Source: Balanoglossus misakiensis (Eukaryota > Animalia > Hemichordata). From it: a stretch of 64,000 nucleotides of DNA. Made by a program: the position numbers and the translations under genes. Positions within the stretch are counted from its first letter, which is position 1. Each line of letters begins with the position of its first letter. Location: contig CM082583.2 in assembly GCA_040954595.2 (NCBI GenBank), forward strand, positions 590,542 to 654,541, in the 5' to 3' direction. The notes below the pieces were generated by a model. It was given only the letters and a program-made list of their open reading frames with translations, did not search any database and was not told the DNA's origin. Shown in pieces: positions 1-13,000 of the stretch.

Positions 1-859
1 CATGGTGTGCCGGGGTTTAGTCGAGCCAGGCCGTAGGAGATCTGACTTGATCATCGTGGTCAATGTACGCGTGTTTCCGCTCTAAAGTGCCGGGGCTTCA
101 GCTAAACCAGGCCGTAGGAAATCCGACGTAATCACCGTTGATAACTTACGCCAGTCTGTGTCATATAGAGCCGGTGCACCAGCCGAGTCACGCCGTAGGA
201 AATCTGACTTGATCAACGTGGTCACTGTACGCCTGTTTCTGCTCTAGAGTGCCGGGGCTTCAGCTGAGCCAGGCCGTAGGAAACCCGACGTGATTACCGT
301 TGTTAACTTACGCCAGTCTTTGTCCTATATATAGTGCCGGGGCATCAGCCGTGCCAGGCCGAAGGAAATGTGAGTAGATCAACGTGGTCTCTGTACGCGT
401 GTTTCTGCTCTAGAGTGCCAGGGCTTTAGCCAAGCCATGCCGTAGGAAATCTGACTTGATCAACGTTGCTAACGAACGCTAGTGTCTGTCATAGTTTGCC
501 GGGGTTTTAGTCGAGCCAAGCCGTAGGAGATCAGACTTGATCAACGTGGTCTCTGTACGCGTGTTTCTGCTCTAGAGTGCCGGGGCTTTATCCAAGCTAT
601 GCCGTAGAAAATCTGACTTGATCACCTTTGCTAACTTACGCTAGTGTCTGTCATATTGTGACGGAGATTAAGCCGAGCCAGGCCGTAGAAAAATCGACTT
701 GTTCAACGTTACCAGTGTGCAACTGTTTCTGCTCTAGAGTGTCAGGGTTTTAGCCGACTTATGCTGTAGGAAATCTGAGTTGATGAACGGGAATTCATTG
801 TTAGAAAACCCGTGTGGAAAGTATCTCTACACGTTTGAAACTAAGAAAAGAATTTATTC

Positions 860-1720
860 TTATTTCTTTTGTAAAAAGACAACATTTCGAAAAAAAGTCG
901 AAAATGGTAATTTTGTCTTGGGTGATTCAAATTATACCGCCTTTTCTGGAATTTGCAGCACTTTTTACAAGAGAACGACACTTCATGCTCCATAATATTT
1001 CCGAAAATGAAGAAAAGAGTTAATTTTTTATGATTTTTAAAAATGTACCATTTTTGTCAAAATATGGCCAAAATGGCTATTTTTTCTTGAATTCCGTCAA
1101 TATCTCTGCATTTTTGGAGTGGTCGAAAGTTTTAACATACAATCAACATGTCATATATGATCAGGGCACCAAATTCGAAGAACAAAGGGTTTTTTATTTT
1201 TTTTCTAAAAATGACATTTTCAAGTAAAATTTGGTAAAACGCAATTTTGTCTGCAGTGAGCCATATTAGACTGTCTTTTGTGGAATTTGCATCGATATAT
1301 ACATACGAAGAGCATTCTATACTCCATCAGATTTCCGAAAATGTAGAAAACAGGTATTTTTTGTAATTTTCAAAAATTTACCATTTTGACCAAATTGTGG
1401 CTAAAATTGTTATTTTCGTGTTGAATGCCGCCAGTGTCACTGCTTTTAAAAGTCATAAAAACTTTTAACATACAAACAATTGTTTATATATGATCAGGTC
1501 ACCGAATTAAAAAAATAAAGAATGTTTTGCCTAAAAATGACCTTTTTGGTGCAAAAACGAATAAAACGCAATTTTGTATTAAATCAACTCATTCAGAGTG
1601 CATTTTTTATAATCAGCACCATTTTTACATATAATGGAAATTTTATACATCATCAGATATCCAAATATGAAAAAATGATTTAGATTTTAGATGATTGTCC
1701 AAAATTAGCTGATATCTAAT
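860..1720. repeat. AT-rich sub-array of the unit (example copy): ~5 degenerate ~167-bp monomers, ~333-bp dimer
   Basis: Homologous motifs are AAAATGGTAATTTTGTC (901), AAAATGGCTATTTTTTC (1070), AAAACGCAATTTTGTC (1236), AAAATTGTTATTTTC (1403) and AAAACGCAATTTTGT (1563). ATATATGATCAGG-CACC and CCATMAKATTTCCGAAAATG recur at ~330 bp. Confidence 0.85.
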
Positions 1721-1971
1721 AAATGTAGTATTGAACCGTTCTGCCCCCCCCCCCCCCTACATTATATGCGGTACGCCGATGTCAGCATACCCGGCAGTAC
1801 TGCAGGCCGTGCCCCCAACTATCGTCGGTGTTTGAAACGCCCTGGTTAAATTCGGGCTTTCTCTATAAATTGACAGGCAATAATGCAGTCCTACCAGAAC
1901 AAATGTCGAGTGTTGACCCGCTGTGACTTTCCCTCTTCGGTTTGCCCGACTTAGCCAACGTCTTTGTACTA

Positions 1972-2837
1972 ATGTGTCGGGTCTTTTGCAGAGCCAGGCC
2001 GAAGGAAATCCGACTTGATCACCGTTGCTAACGAACGCTAGTGTCTGTCATGGTGTGCCGGGGTTTTAGTCGAGCCAGGCCGTAGGAGATCTGACTTGAT
2101 CATCGTGGTCAATGTACGCGTGTTTCCGCTCTAAAGTGCCGGGGCTTCAGCTAAACCAGGCCGTAGGAAATCCGACGTAATCACCGTTGATAACTTTCGC
2201 CAGTCAGTGTCATATAGAGCCGGTGCACCAGCGGTGTCACGCCGTAGGAAATCTGACTTGATCAACGTGGTCAATGTACGCCTGTTTCTGCTCTAGAGTG
2301 CCGGGGCTTCAGCTGAGCCAGGCCGTAGGAAACCCGACGTGATTACCGTTGTTAACTTACGCCAGTCTGTGTCCTATATATAGTGCCGGGGCATCAGCCG
2401 TGCCAGGCCGAAGGAAATGTGAGTAGATCAACGTGGTCTCTGTACGCGTGTTTCTGCTCTAGAGTGCCAGGGCTTTAGCCAAGCCATGCCGTAGGAAATC
2501 TGACTTGATCAACGTTGCTAATGAACGCTAGTGTCTGTCATAGTGTGCCGGGGTTTTAGTCGAGCCAAGCCGTAGGAGATCAGACTTGATCAACGTGGTT
2601 TCTGTACGCGTGTTTCTGCTCTAGAGTGCCGGGGCTTTATCCAAGCCATGCCGTAGAAAATCTGACTCGATCACCGTTGCTAACGTACGCTAGTGTCTGT
2701 CATATTGTGACGGAGATTTAGCCGAGCCAGGCCGTTGAAAAATCGACTTGTTCAACGTTACCATTTGTGCAACTGTTTCTGCTCTAGAGTGTCAGGGTTT
2801 TAGCCGACTTATGCTGTAGGAAATCTGAGTTGATGAA
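1972..2837. repeat. GC-rich sub-array of the unit (example copy): ~10.5 x ~81-bp monomers alternating as A/B ~162-bp dimers
   Basis: The motif GTGCCGGGG..AGCCAGGCCGTAGGAAATCTGACTTGATCA recurs about every 81 bp (one step of 85). Monomers alternate between an ACGTGGTC..TGTACGCGTGTTTCTGCTCTAGA ending and an ACCGTTGCTAACG..CGCTAGTGTCTGTCATA ending. Confidence 0.95.
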
Positions 2838-3780
2838 CGGGAATTCATTGTTAGAAAACCCGTGTGGAAAGTATCTCTACCCGTTTGAAACTAAGAAAAG
2901 AATTAATTCTTATTAATTTGTAAAAAAAGACAATATTTCGAAAAAAAGTCGAAAATGGTAATTTTGTCTTGGGTGAATCAAATTTTACCACCTTTTCTGG
3001 AATTTGCAGCACTTTTTACAAGAGAACGACACTTCATGCTCCATAATATTTCCGAAAATGAAGAAAAGAGTTAATTTTTTATGATTTATTAAAAATTTAC
3101 CATTTTTGTCAAAATATGGCCAAAATGGCTATTTTTTCTTGAATTCCGTCAATATCTCTTCATTTTTGGAGTGGTCGAAAGTTTTAACATACAATCAACA
3201 TGTCATATATGATCAGGGCACCAAATTCGAAGAACAAAGGTTTTTTTATTTTATTTTTCTAAAAATGACATTTTCAAGGAAAATTTGGTAAAACGCAATT
3301 TTGTCTGCAGTAAGCCAAATTAGACGGTCTTTTGTGGAATTTGTATCGATATATACATACGAAGAGCATTCTATACTCCATCAGATTTCCGAAAATGTAG
3401 AAAACATGTATTTTTTGTAATTTTCAAAAATTTACCATTTTGACCAAATTGTGGCTAAAATTGTTATTTTCGTGTTGAATGCCGCCAGTGTCACTGCTTT
3501 TAAAAGTCATAAAAACTTTCAACATACAAGCAATTGTTTATATATGATCAGGTCACCGAATTAAAAAAATAAAGAATGTTTTGCCTAAAAATGACCTTTT
3601 TGGCGCAAAAACGAATAAAACGCAATTTTGTATTAAATCAGCTCATTCAGAGTGCATTTTTTATAATCAGCACCATTTTTACATATAATGGAAATTTCAT
3701 ACATCATCAGATATCCAAATATGAAAAAATGATTTAGATTTTAGATGATTGTCCAAAATTAGCTGATATCTAATAAATGT

Positions 3781-4030
3781 AGTATTGAACCGTTCTGTTC
3801 CCCCCCCCCCCCCTACATTATATGCGGTACGCCGATGTCAGCTTACCCGGCAGTACTGCAGGCCATGCCCCCAACTAACGTCGGTGTTTGAAACGCCCTG
3901 GTTAAATTCGGGCTTTCTCTATAAATTGACAGGCAATAATGCAGTCCTACCCGACCAAATGTCGAGTGTTGACCCGCTGTGACTTTCCCTCTTCGGTTTG
4001 CCCGACTTAGCCAACGTCTTTGTACTAGAG
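3781..4030. other. Single-copy spacer of the unit (example copy) with length-variable poly-C tract and TATAAA
   Basis: It occurs once per unit between the AT and GC blocks. The C-run length differs between copies (roughly 9-14, sometimes interrupted). TATAAA is at 3920-3925. Confidence 0.85.
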
Positions 4031-7000
4031 TGTCGGGTCTTTTGCAGAGCCAGGCCGAAGGAAATCCGACTTGATCACCGTTGATAACGAACGCTAGTGT
4101 CTGTCATGGTGTGCCGGGGTTTTAGTCGAGCCAGGCCGTAGGAGATCTGACTTGATCATCGTTGTCAATGTACGCGTGTTTCCGCTCTAAAGCGCCGGGG
4201 CTTCAGCAAAACCAGGCAGTAGAAAATCCGACGTAATCACCGTTGATAACTTACGCCAGTCTGTGTCATATAGAGCCGGTGCACCAGCCGAGTCATGCCG
4301 TAGGAAATCTTACTTGATCAACGTGGTCAATGTACGCCTGTTTCTGCTCTAGAGTGCCGGGGCTTCAGCTGAGCCAGGCCGTTGGAAACCCGACGTGATT
4401 ACCGTTGTTAACTTACGCCAGTCTGTGTCCTATATATAGTGCCGGGGCATCAGCCGTGCCAGGCCGAAGGAAATGTGAGTAGATCAACGTGGTCTCTGTA
4501 CGCGTGTTTCTGCTCTAGAGTGCCAGGGCTTTAGCCAAGCCATGCCGTAGAAAATCTGACTTGATCAACGTTGCTAACGAACGCTAGTGTCTGTCATAGT
4601 GTGCCGGGGTTTTAGTCGAGCCAAGCCGTAGGAGATCAGACTTGATCAACGTGGTCTCTGTACGCGTGTTTCTGCTCTAGAGTGCCGGGGCTTTATCCGA
4701 GCTATGCCGTAGAAAATCTGACTTGATCACCGTTGCTAACTTACGCTAGTGTCTGTCATATTGTGACGGAGATTTAGCCGAGCCAGGCCGTAGAAAAATC
4801 GACTTGTTCAACGTTACCAGTGTGCAACTGTTTCTGCTCTAGAGTGTCAGGGTTTTAGCCGACTTGTGCTGTAGGAAATCTGAGTTGATGAACGGGAATT
4901 CAATGTTAGAAAACCCGTGTGTAAAGTATCTCTACCCGTTTGAAACTAAGAAAAGAATTTATTCTTATTTATTTTGTAAAACAAGAAAATTTTTCGAAAA
5001 AAAGTCGAAAATGGTAATTTTGTCTTGGGTGATTCAAATTATACCGCCTTTTCTGGAATTTGCAGCACTTTTTACAAGAGAACGACACTTCATGCTCCAT
5101 AATATTTCCGAAAATGAAGAAAAGAGTTAATTTTTTATGATTTTTTAAAAAATTACCATTTTTGTCAAAATATGGCCAAAATGGCTATTTTTTCTTGAAT
5201 TCCGTCAATATCTCTGCATTTTTGGAGTGGTCGAAAGTTTTAACATACAATCAACATGTCATATTTGATCAGGGCACCAAATTCGAAGAACAAAGTTTTT
5301 TTTAGTTTTTTTTCTAAAAATGACATTTTCAAGGAACATTTGGTAAAACGCAATTTTGTCTGCAGTGAGCCAAATTAGATTGTCTTTTGTGGAATTTGTA
5401 TCGATATATACATACGAAGAGCATTCTATACTCCATCAGATTTCCGAAAATGTAGAAAACAGGTATTTTTTGTAATTTTCAAAAATTTACCATTTTGATC
5501 AAATTATGGCTAAAATTGTTATTTTCGTGTTGAATGCCGCCAGTGTCACTGCTTTTAAAAGTCATAAAAACTTTTAACATACAAGCAATTGTTTATATAT
5601 GATCAGGTCACCGAATTAAAAAAAATAAAGAATGTTTGGCCTAAAAATGACCTTTTTGGCGCAAAAACGAATAAAACGCAATTTTGTATTAAATAAGCTC
5701 ATTCAGAGTGCATTTTTTTATAATCAGCACCATTTTTACATATAATGGAAATTTCATACATCACCAGATATCCAAATATGAAAAAATGATTTAGATTTTA
5801 GATGATTGTCCAAAATTAGCTGATATCTAATAAATGTAGTATTGAACCGTTCTGTCCCCCCCCCCTCCCCTACATTATATGCGGTACGCCGATGTCAGCT
5901 TACCCGGCAGTACTGCAGGCCGTGCCCCCAACTAACGTCGGTGTTTCAAACGCCCTGGTTAAATTCGGGCTTTCTCTATAAATTGACAGGCAATAATGCA
6001 GTCCTACCCGAACAAATGTCGAGTGTTGACACGCTGTGACTTTCCCTCTTCGGTTTGCCCGACTTAGCCGACGTCTTTGTACTAGAGTGTCGGGTCTTTT
6101 GCAGAGCCAGGCCGAAGGAAATCCGACTTGATCACCGTTGCTAACGAACGCTAGTGTCTGTCATGGTGTGCCGGGGTTTTAGTCGAGCCAGGCCGTAGGA
6201 GATCTGACTTGATCATCGTGGTCAATGTACGCGTGTTTCCGCTCTAAAGTGCCGGGGCTTCAGCTAAACCAGGCCGTAGGAAATCCGACGTAATCACCGT
6301 TGATAACTTACGCCAGTCTGTGTCATATAGAGCCGGTGCACCAGCCGAGTCACGCCGTAGGAAATCTGACTTGATCAACGTGGTCAATGTACGCCTGTTT
6401 CTGCTCTAGAGTGCCGGGGCTTCAGCTGAGCCAGGCCGTAGGAAACCCGACGTGATTACCGTTGTTAACTTACGCCAGTCTGTGTCCTATATATAGTGCC
6501 GGGGCATCAGCCGTGCCAGGCCGAAGGAAATGTGAGTAGATCAACGTGGTCTCTGTACGCGTGTTTCTGCTCTAGAGTGTCAGGGCTTTAGCAAAGCCAT
6601 GCCGTAGGAAATCTGACTTGATCAACGTTGCTAACGAACGCTAGTGTCTGTCATAGTGTGCCGGGGTTTTAGTCGAGCCAAGCCGTAGGAGATCAGACTT
6701 GATCAACGTGGTCTCTGTACGCGTGTTTCTGCTCTTGAGTGCCGGGGCTTTATCCAACCCATGCCGTAGAAAATCTGACTTGATCACCGTTGCTAACGTA
6801 CGCTAGTGTCTGTCATATTGTGACGGAGATTTAGCCGAGCCAGGCCGTAAAAAATCGACTTGTTCAACGTTACCAGTGTGCAACTGTTTCTGCTCTAGAG
6901 TGTCAGGGTTTTAGCCGATTTATGCTGTAGGAAATCAGAGTTGATGAACGGGAATTCAATGTTAGAAAACCCGTGTGGAAAGTATCTCTACCCGTTTGAA

Positions 7001-10000
7001 ACTAAGAAAAGAATTTATTCTTATTTATTTTGTAAAAAAGACAATTTTTCGAAACAAAGGCGAAAATGGTAATTTTGTCTTGGGTGATTCAAATTATACC
7101 ACCTTTTCTGGAATTTGCAGCACTTTTTACAAGAGAACGACACTTAATGCTCCATAATATTTCCGAAAATGAAGAAAAGAGTTCATTTTTTATGATTTTT
7201 TAAAATTTTACCATTTTTGTCAAAATATGGCCAAAATGGCTATTTTTTCTTGAATTCCGTCAATATCTCTGCATTTTTGGTGTGGTCGAAACTTTTAACA
7301 TACAATCAACATGTCATATATGATCGGGGCACCAAATTCGAAGAACAAAGGTTTTTTTATTTTTTTTTCTAAAAATGACATTTTCAAGGAAAATTTGGTA
7401 AAACGCAATTTTGTCTGCAGTGAGCCAAATTAGACGGTCTTTTATGGAATTTGTATCGATATATACATACGAAGAGCATTCTATACTCCATCAGATTTCC
7501 GAAAATGTAGAAAAGGGTATTTTTTGTAATTTTGAAAAATTTTCCATTTTGACCAAATTGTGGCTAAAATTGTTATTTTCGTGTTGAATGCCGCCAGTGT
7601 CACTGCTTTTAAAAGTCATAAAAACTTTTAACATACAAGCAATTGTTTATATATGATCAGGTCACCGAATTAAAAAAATAAAGAATGTTTTGCCTAAAAA
7701 TGACCTTTTTGGTGCAAAAACGAATAAAACGCAATTTTGTATTAAATCAGCTCATTCAGAGTGCATTTTTATAATCAGCACCATTTTTACATATAATGGA
7801 AATTTCATACATCATCAGATATCCAAATATGAAAAGATGATTTAGATTTTAGATGATTGTCCAAAATTAGCTGATATCTGATAAATGTAGTATTGAACCG
7901 TTCTGTTTCTCCCCCCCCCCCTACATTATATGCGGTACGCCGATGTCACCTTACCCGGCAGTACTGCAGGCCGTGCCCCCAACTAACGTCGGTGTTTGAA
8001 GCGCCCTGGTTAAATTCGGGCTTTCTCTATAATTTACAGGCAATAATGCAGTCCTACCCGAACAAATGTCGAGTGTTGACCCGCTGTGACTTTCCCTCTT
8101 CGGTTTGCCCGACTTAGCCAACGTCTTTGTACTAGAGGGTCGGGTCTTTTGCCGAGCCAGGCCGAAGGAAATCAGACTTGATCACCGTTGCTAACGAACG
8201 CTAGTGTCTGTCATGGTGTGCCGGGGTTTTAGTCGAACCAGGCCGTAGGAAATCTGACTTGATCAACGTGGTCAATGTACGCCTGTTTCTGCTCTAGAGT
8301 GCAGGGGCTTCAGCTGATCCAGGCCGTAGGAAACCCGACGTGATTACCGTTGTTAACTTACGCCAGTCTGTGTCCTATATATAGTGCGGGGCATCAGCCG
8401 TGCCAGGCCTAAGGAAATGTGAGTAGATCAATGTGGTCTCTGTACGCGTGTTTCTGCTCTAGAATGCCAGGGCTTTAGCCAAGCCATGCCGTAGGAAATC
8501 TGACTTGATCAACGTTGCTAACGAACGCTAGTGTCTGTCATAGTGTGCCGGGGTTTTAGTCGAGCCAAGCCGTAGGAGATCAGACTTGATCAACGTGGTC
8601 TCTGTACGCGTGTTTCTGCTCTAGAGTGCCGGGGCTTTATCCCAGCCATGCCGTAGAAAATCTGACTTGATCACCGTTGCTAACGTGCGCTAGTGTCTGT
8701 CATATCGTGACGGAGATTTAGCCGAGCCAGGCCGTAGAAAAATCGACTTGTTCAACGTTACCAGTGTGCAACTGTTTCTGCTCTAGAGTGTCAGGGTTTT
8801 AGCCGACTTATGCTGTAGGAAATCTGAGTTGATGAATGGGAATTTAATGTTAAAAAACCTGTGTGGAAAGTGTCTCTACCCTTTTGAAACTAAGAAAATA
8901 ATTTATTCTTATTTATTTTGTAAAAATCACAATTTTTCGAAAAAAAGTCGAAAATGGTAATTTTGTCATGGGTGATTCAAATTATACCGCCTTTTCTGGA
9001 ATTTGCAGCACTTTTTACAAGAGAACGACACTTCATGCTCCATAATATTTCCGAAAATGAAGAAAAGAGTTAATTTTTTATGATTTTTTAAAAATTTACC
9101 ATTTTTGTCAAAATATGGCCAAAATGGCTATTTTTTCTTGAATTCCGTCAATATCTCTGCATTTTTGGAGTGGTCCAAAGTTTTAACATACAATCAACAT
9201 GTCATATATGATCAGGGCACCAAATTCGAAGAACAAAGGTTTTTTTTTATTTTTTTTTCTAAAAATGACATTTTCAAGGAAAATTTGGTAAAACGCAATT
9301 TTGTCTGCAGTGAGCCAAATTGGCCGTTTTTTTGTGGAATTTGTATTGATATATGTATACGAAGAGCATTCTATACTCCATCAGATTTCCGAAAATGTAG
9401 AAAACAGGTATTTTTTGTAATTTTCAAAAATTTACCATTTTGACCGAATTGTGGCTAAAATTGTTATTTTCGTGTTGAATGCCGCCAGTGTCACTGCTTT
9501 TAAAAGTCATTAAAACTTTTAACATACAAGCAATTGTTTATATATGATCAGGTCACCGAATTTAAAGAATAAAGAATGTTTTCCCTAAAAATGACCTTTT
9601 TGGTGCAAAAACGAATAAAACGCAATTTTGTATTAAATCAGCTCATTCAGAGTGCATTTTTTATAATCAGCACCATTTTTACATATAATGGAAATTTCAT
9701 ACATCATCAGATATCCAAATATGAAAAAATGATTTAGATTTTAGATGATTGTCCAAAAGTAGCTGATATCTAATAAATGTAGTATTGAACCGTTCTGTTC
9801 CCCCCCCCCCTACATTATATGCGGTACGCCGATGTCACCTTACCCGGCAGTACTGCAGGCCGTGCCCCCAACTAACGTCGGTGTTTGAAGCGCCCTGGTT
9901 AAATTCGGGCTTTCTCTATAAATTACAGGCAATAATGCAGTCCTACCCGAACAAATGTCGAGTGTTGACCCGCTGTGACTTTCCCTCTTCGGTTTGCCCG

Positions 10001-13000
10001 ACTTAGCCAACGTCTTTGTACTAGAGGGTCGGGTCTTTTGCCGAGCCAGGCCGAAGGAAATCAGACTTGATCACCGTTGCTAACGAACGCTAGTGTCTGT
10101 CATGGTGTGCCGGGGTTTTAGTCGAACCAGGCCGTAGGAAATCTGACTTGATCAACGTGGTCAATGTACGCCTGTTTCTGCTCTAGAGTGCAGGGGCTTC
10201 AGCTGATCCAGGCCGTAGGAAACCCGACGTGATTACCGTTGTTAACTTACGCCAGTCTGTGTCCTATATATAGTGCGGGGCATCAGCCGTGCCAGGCCTA
10301 AGGAAATGTGAGTAGATCAATGTGGTCTCTGTACGCGTGTTTCTGCTCTAGAATGCCAGGGCTTTAGCCAAGCCATGCCGTAGGAAATCTGACTTGATCA
10401 ACGTTGCTAACGAACGCTAGTGTCTGTCATAGTGTGCCGGGGTTTTAGTCGAGCCAAGCCGTAGGAGATCAGACTTGATCAACGTGGTCTCTGTACGCGT
10501 GTTTCTGCTCTAGAGTGCCGGGGCTTTATCCCAGCCATGCCGTAGAAAATCTGACTTGATCACCGTTGCTAACGTGCGCTAGTGTCTGTCATATCGTGAC
10601 GGAGATTTAGCCGAGCCAGGCCGTAGAAAAATCGACTTGTTCAACGTTACCAGTGTGCAACTGTTTCTGCTCTAGAGTGTCAGGGTTTTAGCCGACTTAT
10701 GCTGTAGGAAATCTGAGTTGATGAATGGGAATTTAATGTTAAAAAACCTGTGTGGAAAGTGTCTCTACCCTTTTGAAACTAAGAAAATAATTTATTCTTA
10801 TTTATTTTGTAAAAATCACAATTTTTCGAAAAAAAGTCGAAAATGGTAATTTTGTCATGGGTGATTCAAATTATACCGCCTTTTCTGGAATTTGCAGCAC
10901 TTTTTACAAGAGAACGACACTTCATGCTCCATAATATTTCCGAAAATGAAGAAAAGAGTTAATTTTTTATGATTTTTTAAAAATTTACCATTTTTGTCAA
11001 AATATGGCCAAAATGGCTATTTTTTCTTGAATTCCGTCAATATCTCTGCATTTTTGGAGTGGTCCAAAGTTTTAACATACAATCAACATGTCATATATGA
11101 TCAGGGCACCAAATTCGAAGAACAAAGGTTTTTTTTTATTTTTTTTTCTAAAAATGACATTTTCAAGGAAAATTTGGTAAAACGCAATTTTGTCTGCAGT
11201 GAGCCAAATTGGCCGTTTTTTTGTGGAATTTGTATTGATATATGTATACGAAGAGCATTCTATACTCCATCAGATTTCCGAAAATGTAGAAAACAGGTAT
11301 TTTTTGTAATTTTCAAAAATTTACCATTTTGACCGAATTGTGGCTAAAATTGTTATTTTCGTGTTGAATGCCGCCAGTGTCACTGCTTTTAAAAGTCATT
11401 AAAACTTTTAACATACAAGCAATTGTTTATATATGATCAGGTCACCGAATTTAAAGAATAAAGAATGTTTTCCCTAAAAATGACCTTTTTGGTGCAAAAA
11501 CGAATAAAACGCAATTTTGTATTAAATCAGCTCATTCAGAGTGCATTTTTTATAATCAGCACCATTTTTACATATAATGGAAATTTCATACATCATCAGA
11601 TATCCAAATATGAAAAGATGATTTAGATTTTAGATGATTGTCCAAAATTAGCTGATATCTGATAAATGTAGTATTGAACCGTTCTGTTTCTCCCCCCCCC
11701 CCCTACATTATATGCGGTACGCCGATGTCACCTTACCCGGCAGTACTGCAGGCCGTGCCCCCAACTAACGTCGGTGTTTGAAGCGCCCTGGTTAAATTCG
11801 GGCTTTCTCTATAAATTACAGGCAATAATGCAGTCCTACCCGAACAAATGTCGAGTGTTGACCCGCTGTGACTTTCCCTCTTCGGTTTGCCCGACTTAGC
11901 CAACGTCTTTGTACTAGAGGGTCGGGTCTTTTGCCGAGCCAGGCCGAAGGAAATCAGACTTGATCACCGTTGCTAACGAACGCTAGTGTCTGTCATGGTG
12001 TGCCGGGGTTTTAGTCGAACCAGGCCGTAGGAAATCTGACTTGATCAACGTGGTCAATGTACGCCTGTTTCTGCTCTAGAGTGCAGGGGCTTCAGCTGAT
12101 CCAGGCCGTAGGAAACCCGACGTGATTACCGTTGTTAACTTACGCCAGTCTGTGTCCTATATATAGTGCGGGGCATCAGCCGTGCCAGGCCTAAGGAAAT
12201 GTGAGTAGATCAATGTGGTCTCTGTACGCGTGTTTCTGCTCTAGAATGCCAGGGCTTTAGCCAAGCCATGCCGTAGGAAATCTGACTTGATCAACGTTGC
12301 TAACGAACGCTAGTGTCTGTCATAGTGTGCCGGGGTTTTAGTCGAGCCAAGCCGTAGGAGATCAGACTTGATCAACGTGGTCTCTGTACGCGTGTTTCTG
12401 CTCTAGAGTGCCGGGGCTTTATCCCAGCCATGCCGTAGAAAATCTGACTTGATCACCGTTGCTAACGTGCGCTAGTGTCTGTCATATCGTGACGGAGATT
12501 TAGCCGAGCCAGGCCGTAGAAAAATCGACTTGTTCAACGTTACCAGTGTGCAACTGTTTCTGCTCTAGAGTGTCAGGGTTTTAGCCGACTTATGCTGTAG
12601 GAAATCTGAGTTGATGAATGGGAATTTAATGTTAAAAAACCTGTGTGGAAAGTGTCTCTACCCTTTTGAAACTAAGAAAATAATTTATTCTTATTTATTT
12701 TGTAAAAATCACAATTTTTCGAAAAAAAGTCGAAAATGGTAATTTTGTCATGGGTGATTCAAATTATACCGCCTTTTCTGGAATTTGCAGCACTTTTTAC
12801 AAGAGAACGACACTTCATGCTCCATAATATTTCCGAAAATGAAGAAAAGAGTTAATTTTTTATGATTTTTTAAAAATTTACCATTTTTGTCAAAATATGG
12901 CCAAAATGGCTATTTTTTCTTGAATTCCGTCAATATCTCTGCATTTTTGGAGTGGTCCAAAGTTTTAACATACAATCAACATGTCATATATGATCAGGGC

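Noticed and set aside
2076-2086. CCTACGGCC on the minus strand resembles the 5S rRNA 5' end
   Set aside because: The match is only ~9 nt, with no box A/C or remaining 5S sequence. No rRNA, tRNA or histone genes were recognised in the unit.
2672-2696. CGTTGCTAACG hairpin followed by CTAGT, resembling a Helitron 3' end
   Set aside because: The stem is only 4 bp, sits too close to CTAG, and repeats in every dimer. No defined 5' TC end or RepHel coding sequence was seen. A Helitron ancestry cannot be excluded without a database search.
1972-2837. CRISPR-like regular repeats
   Set aside because: There are no unique spacers and no cas genes. The context is eukaryotic retroelements.
2826-2892. TTGATGA-ACGGG...CCCGT..GAAA hammerhead-like arrangement on the plus strand
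   Set aside because: It lacks the CUGA core and GAAA does not directly follow the stem. No stems I or III were found.
3690-3725. Hammerhead-like core on the minus strand (CTGATGA-TGTAT-GAAA)
   Set aside because: There is no G10.1-C11.1 stem II pair and stem III cannot form. The segment is a diverged copy of the AT-block subrepeat motif.
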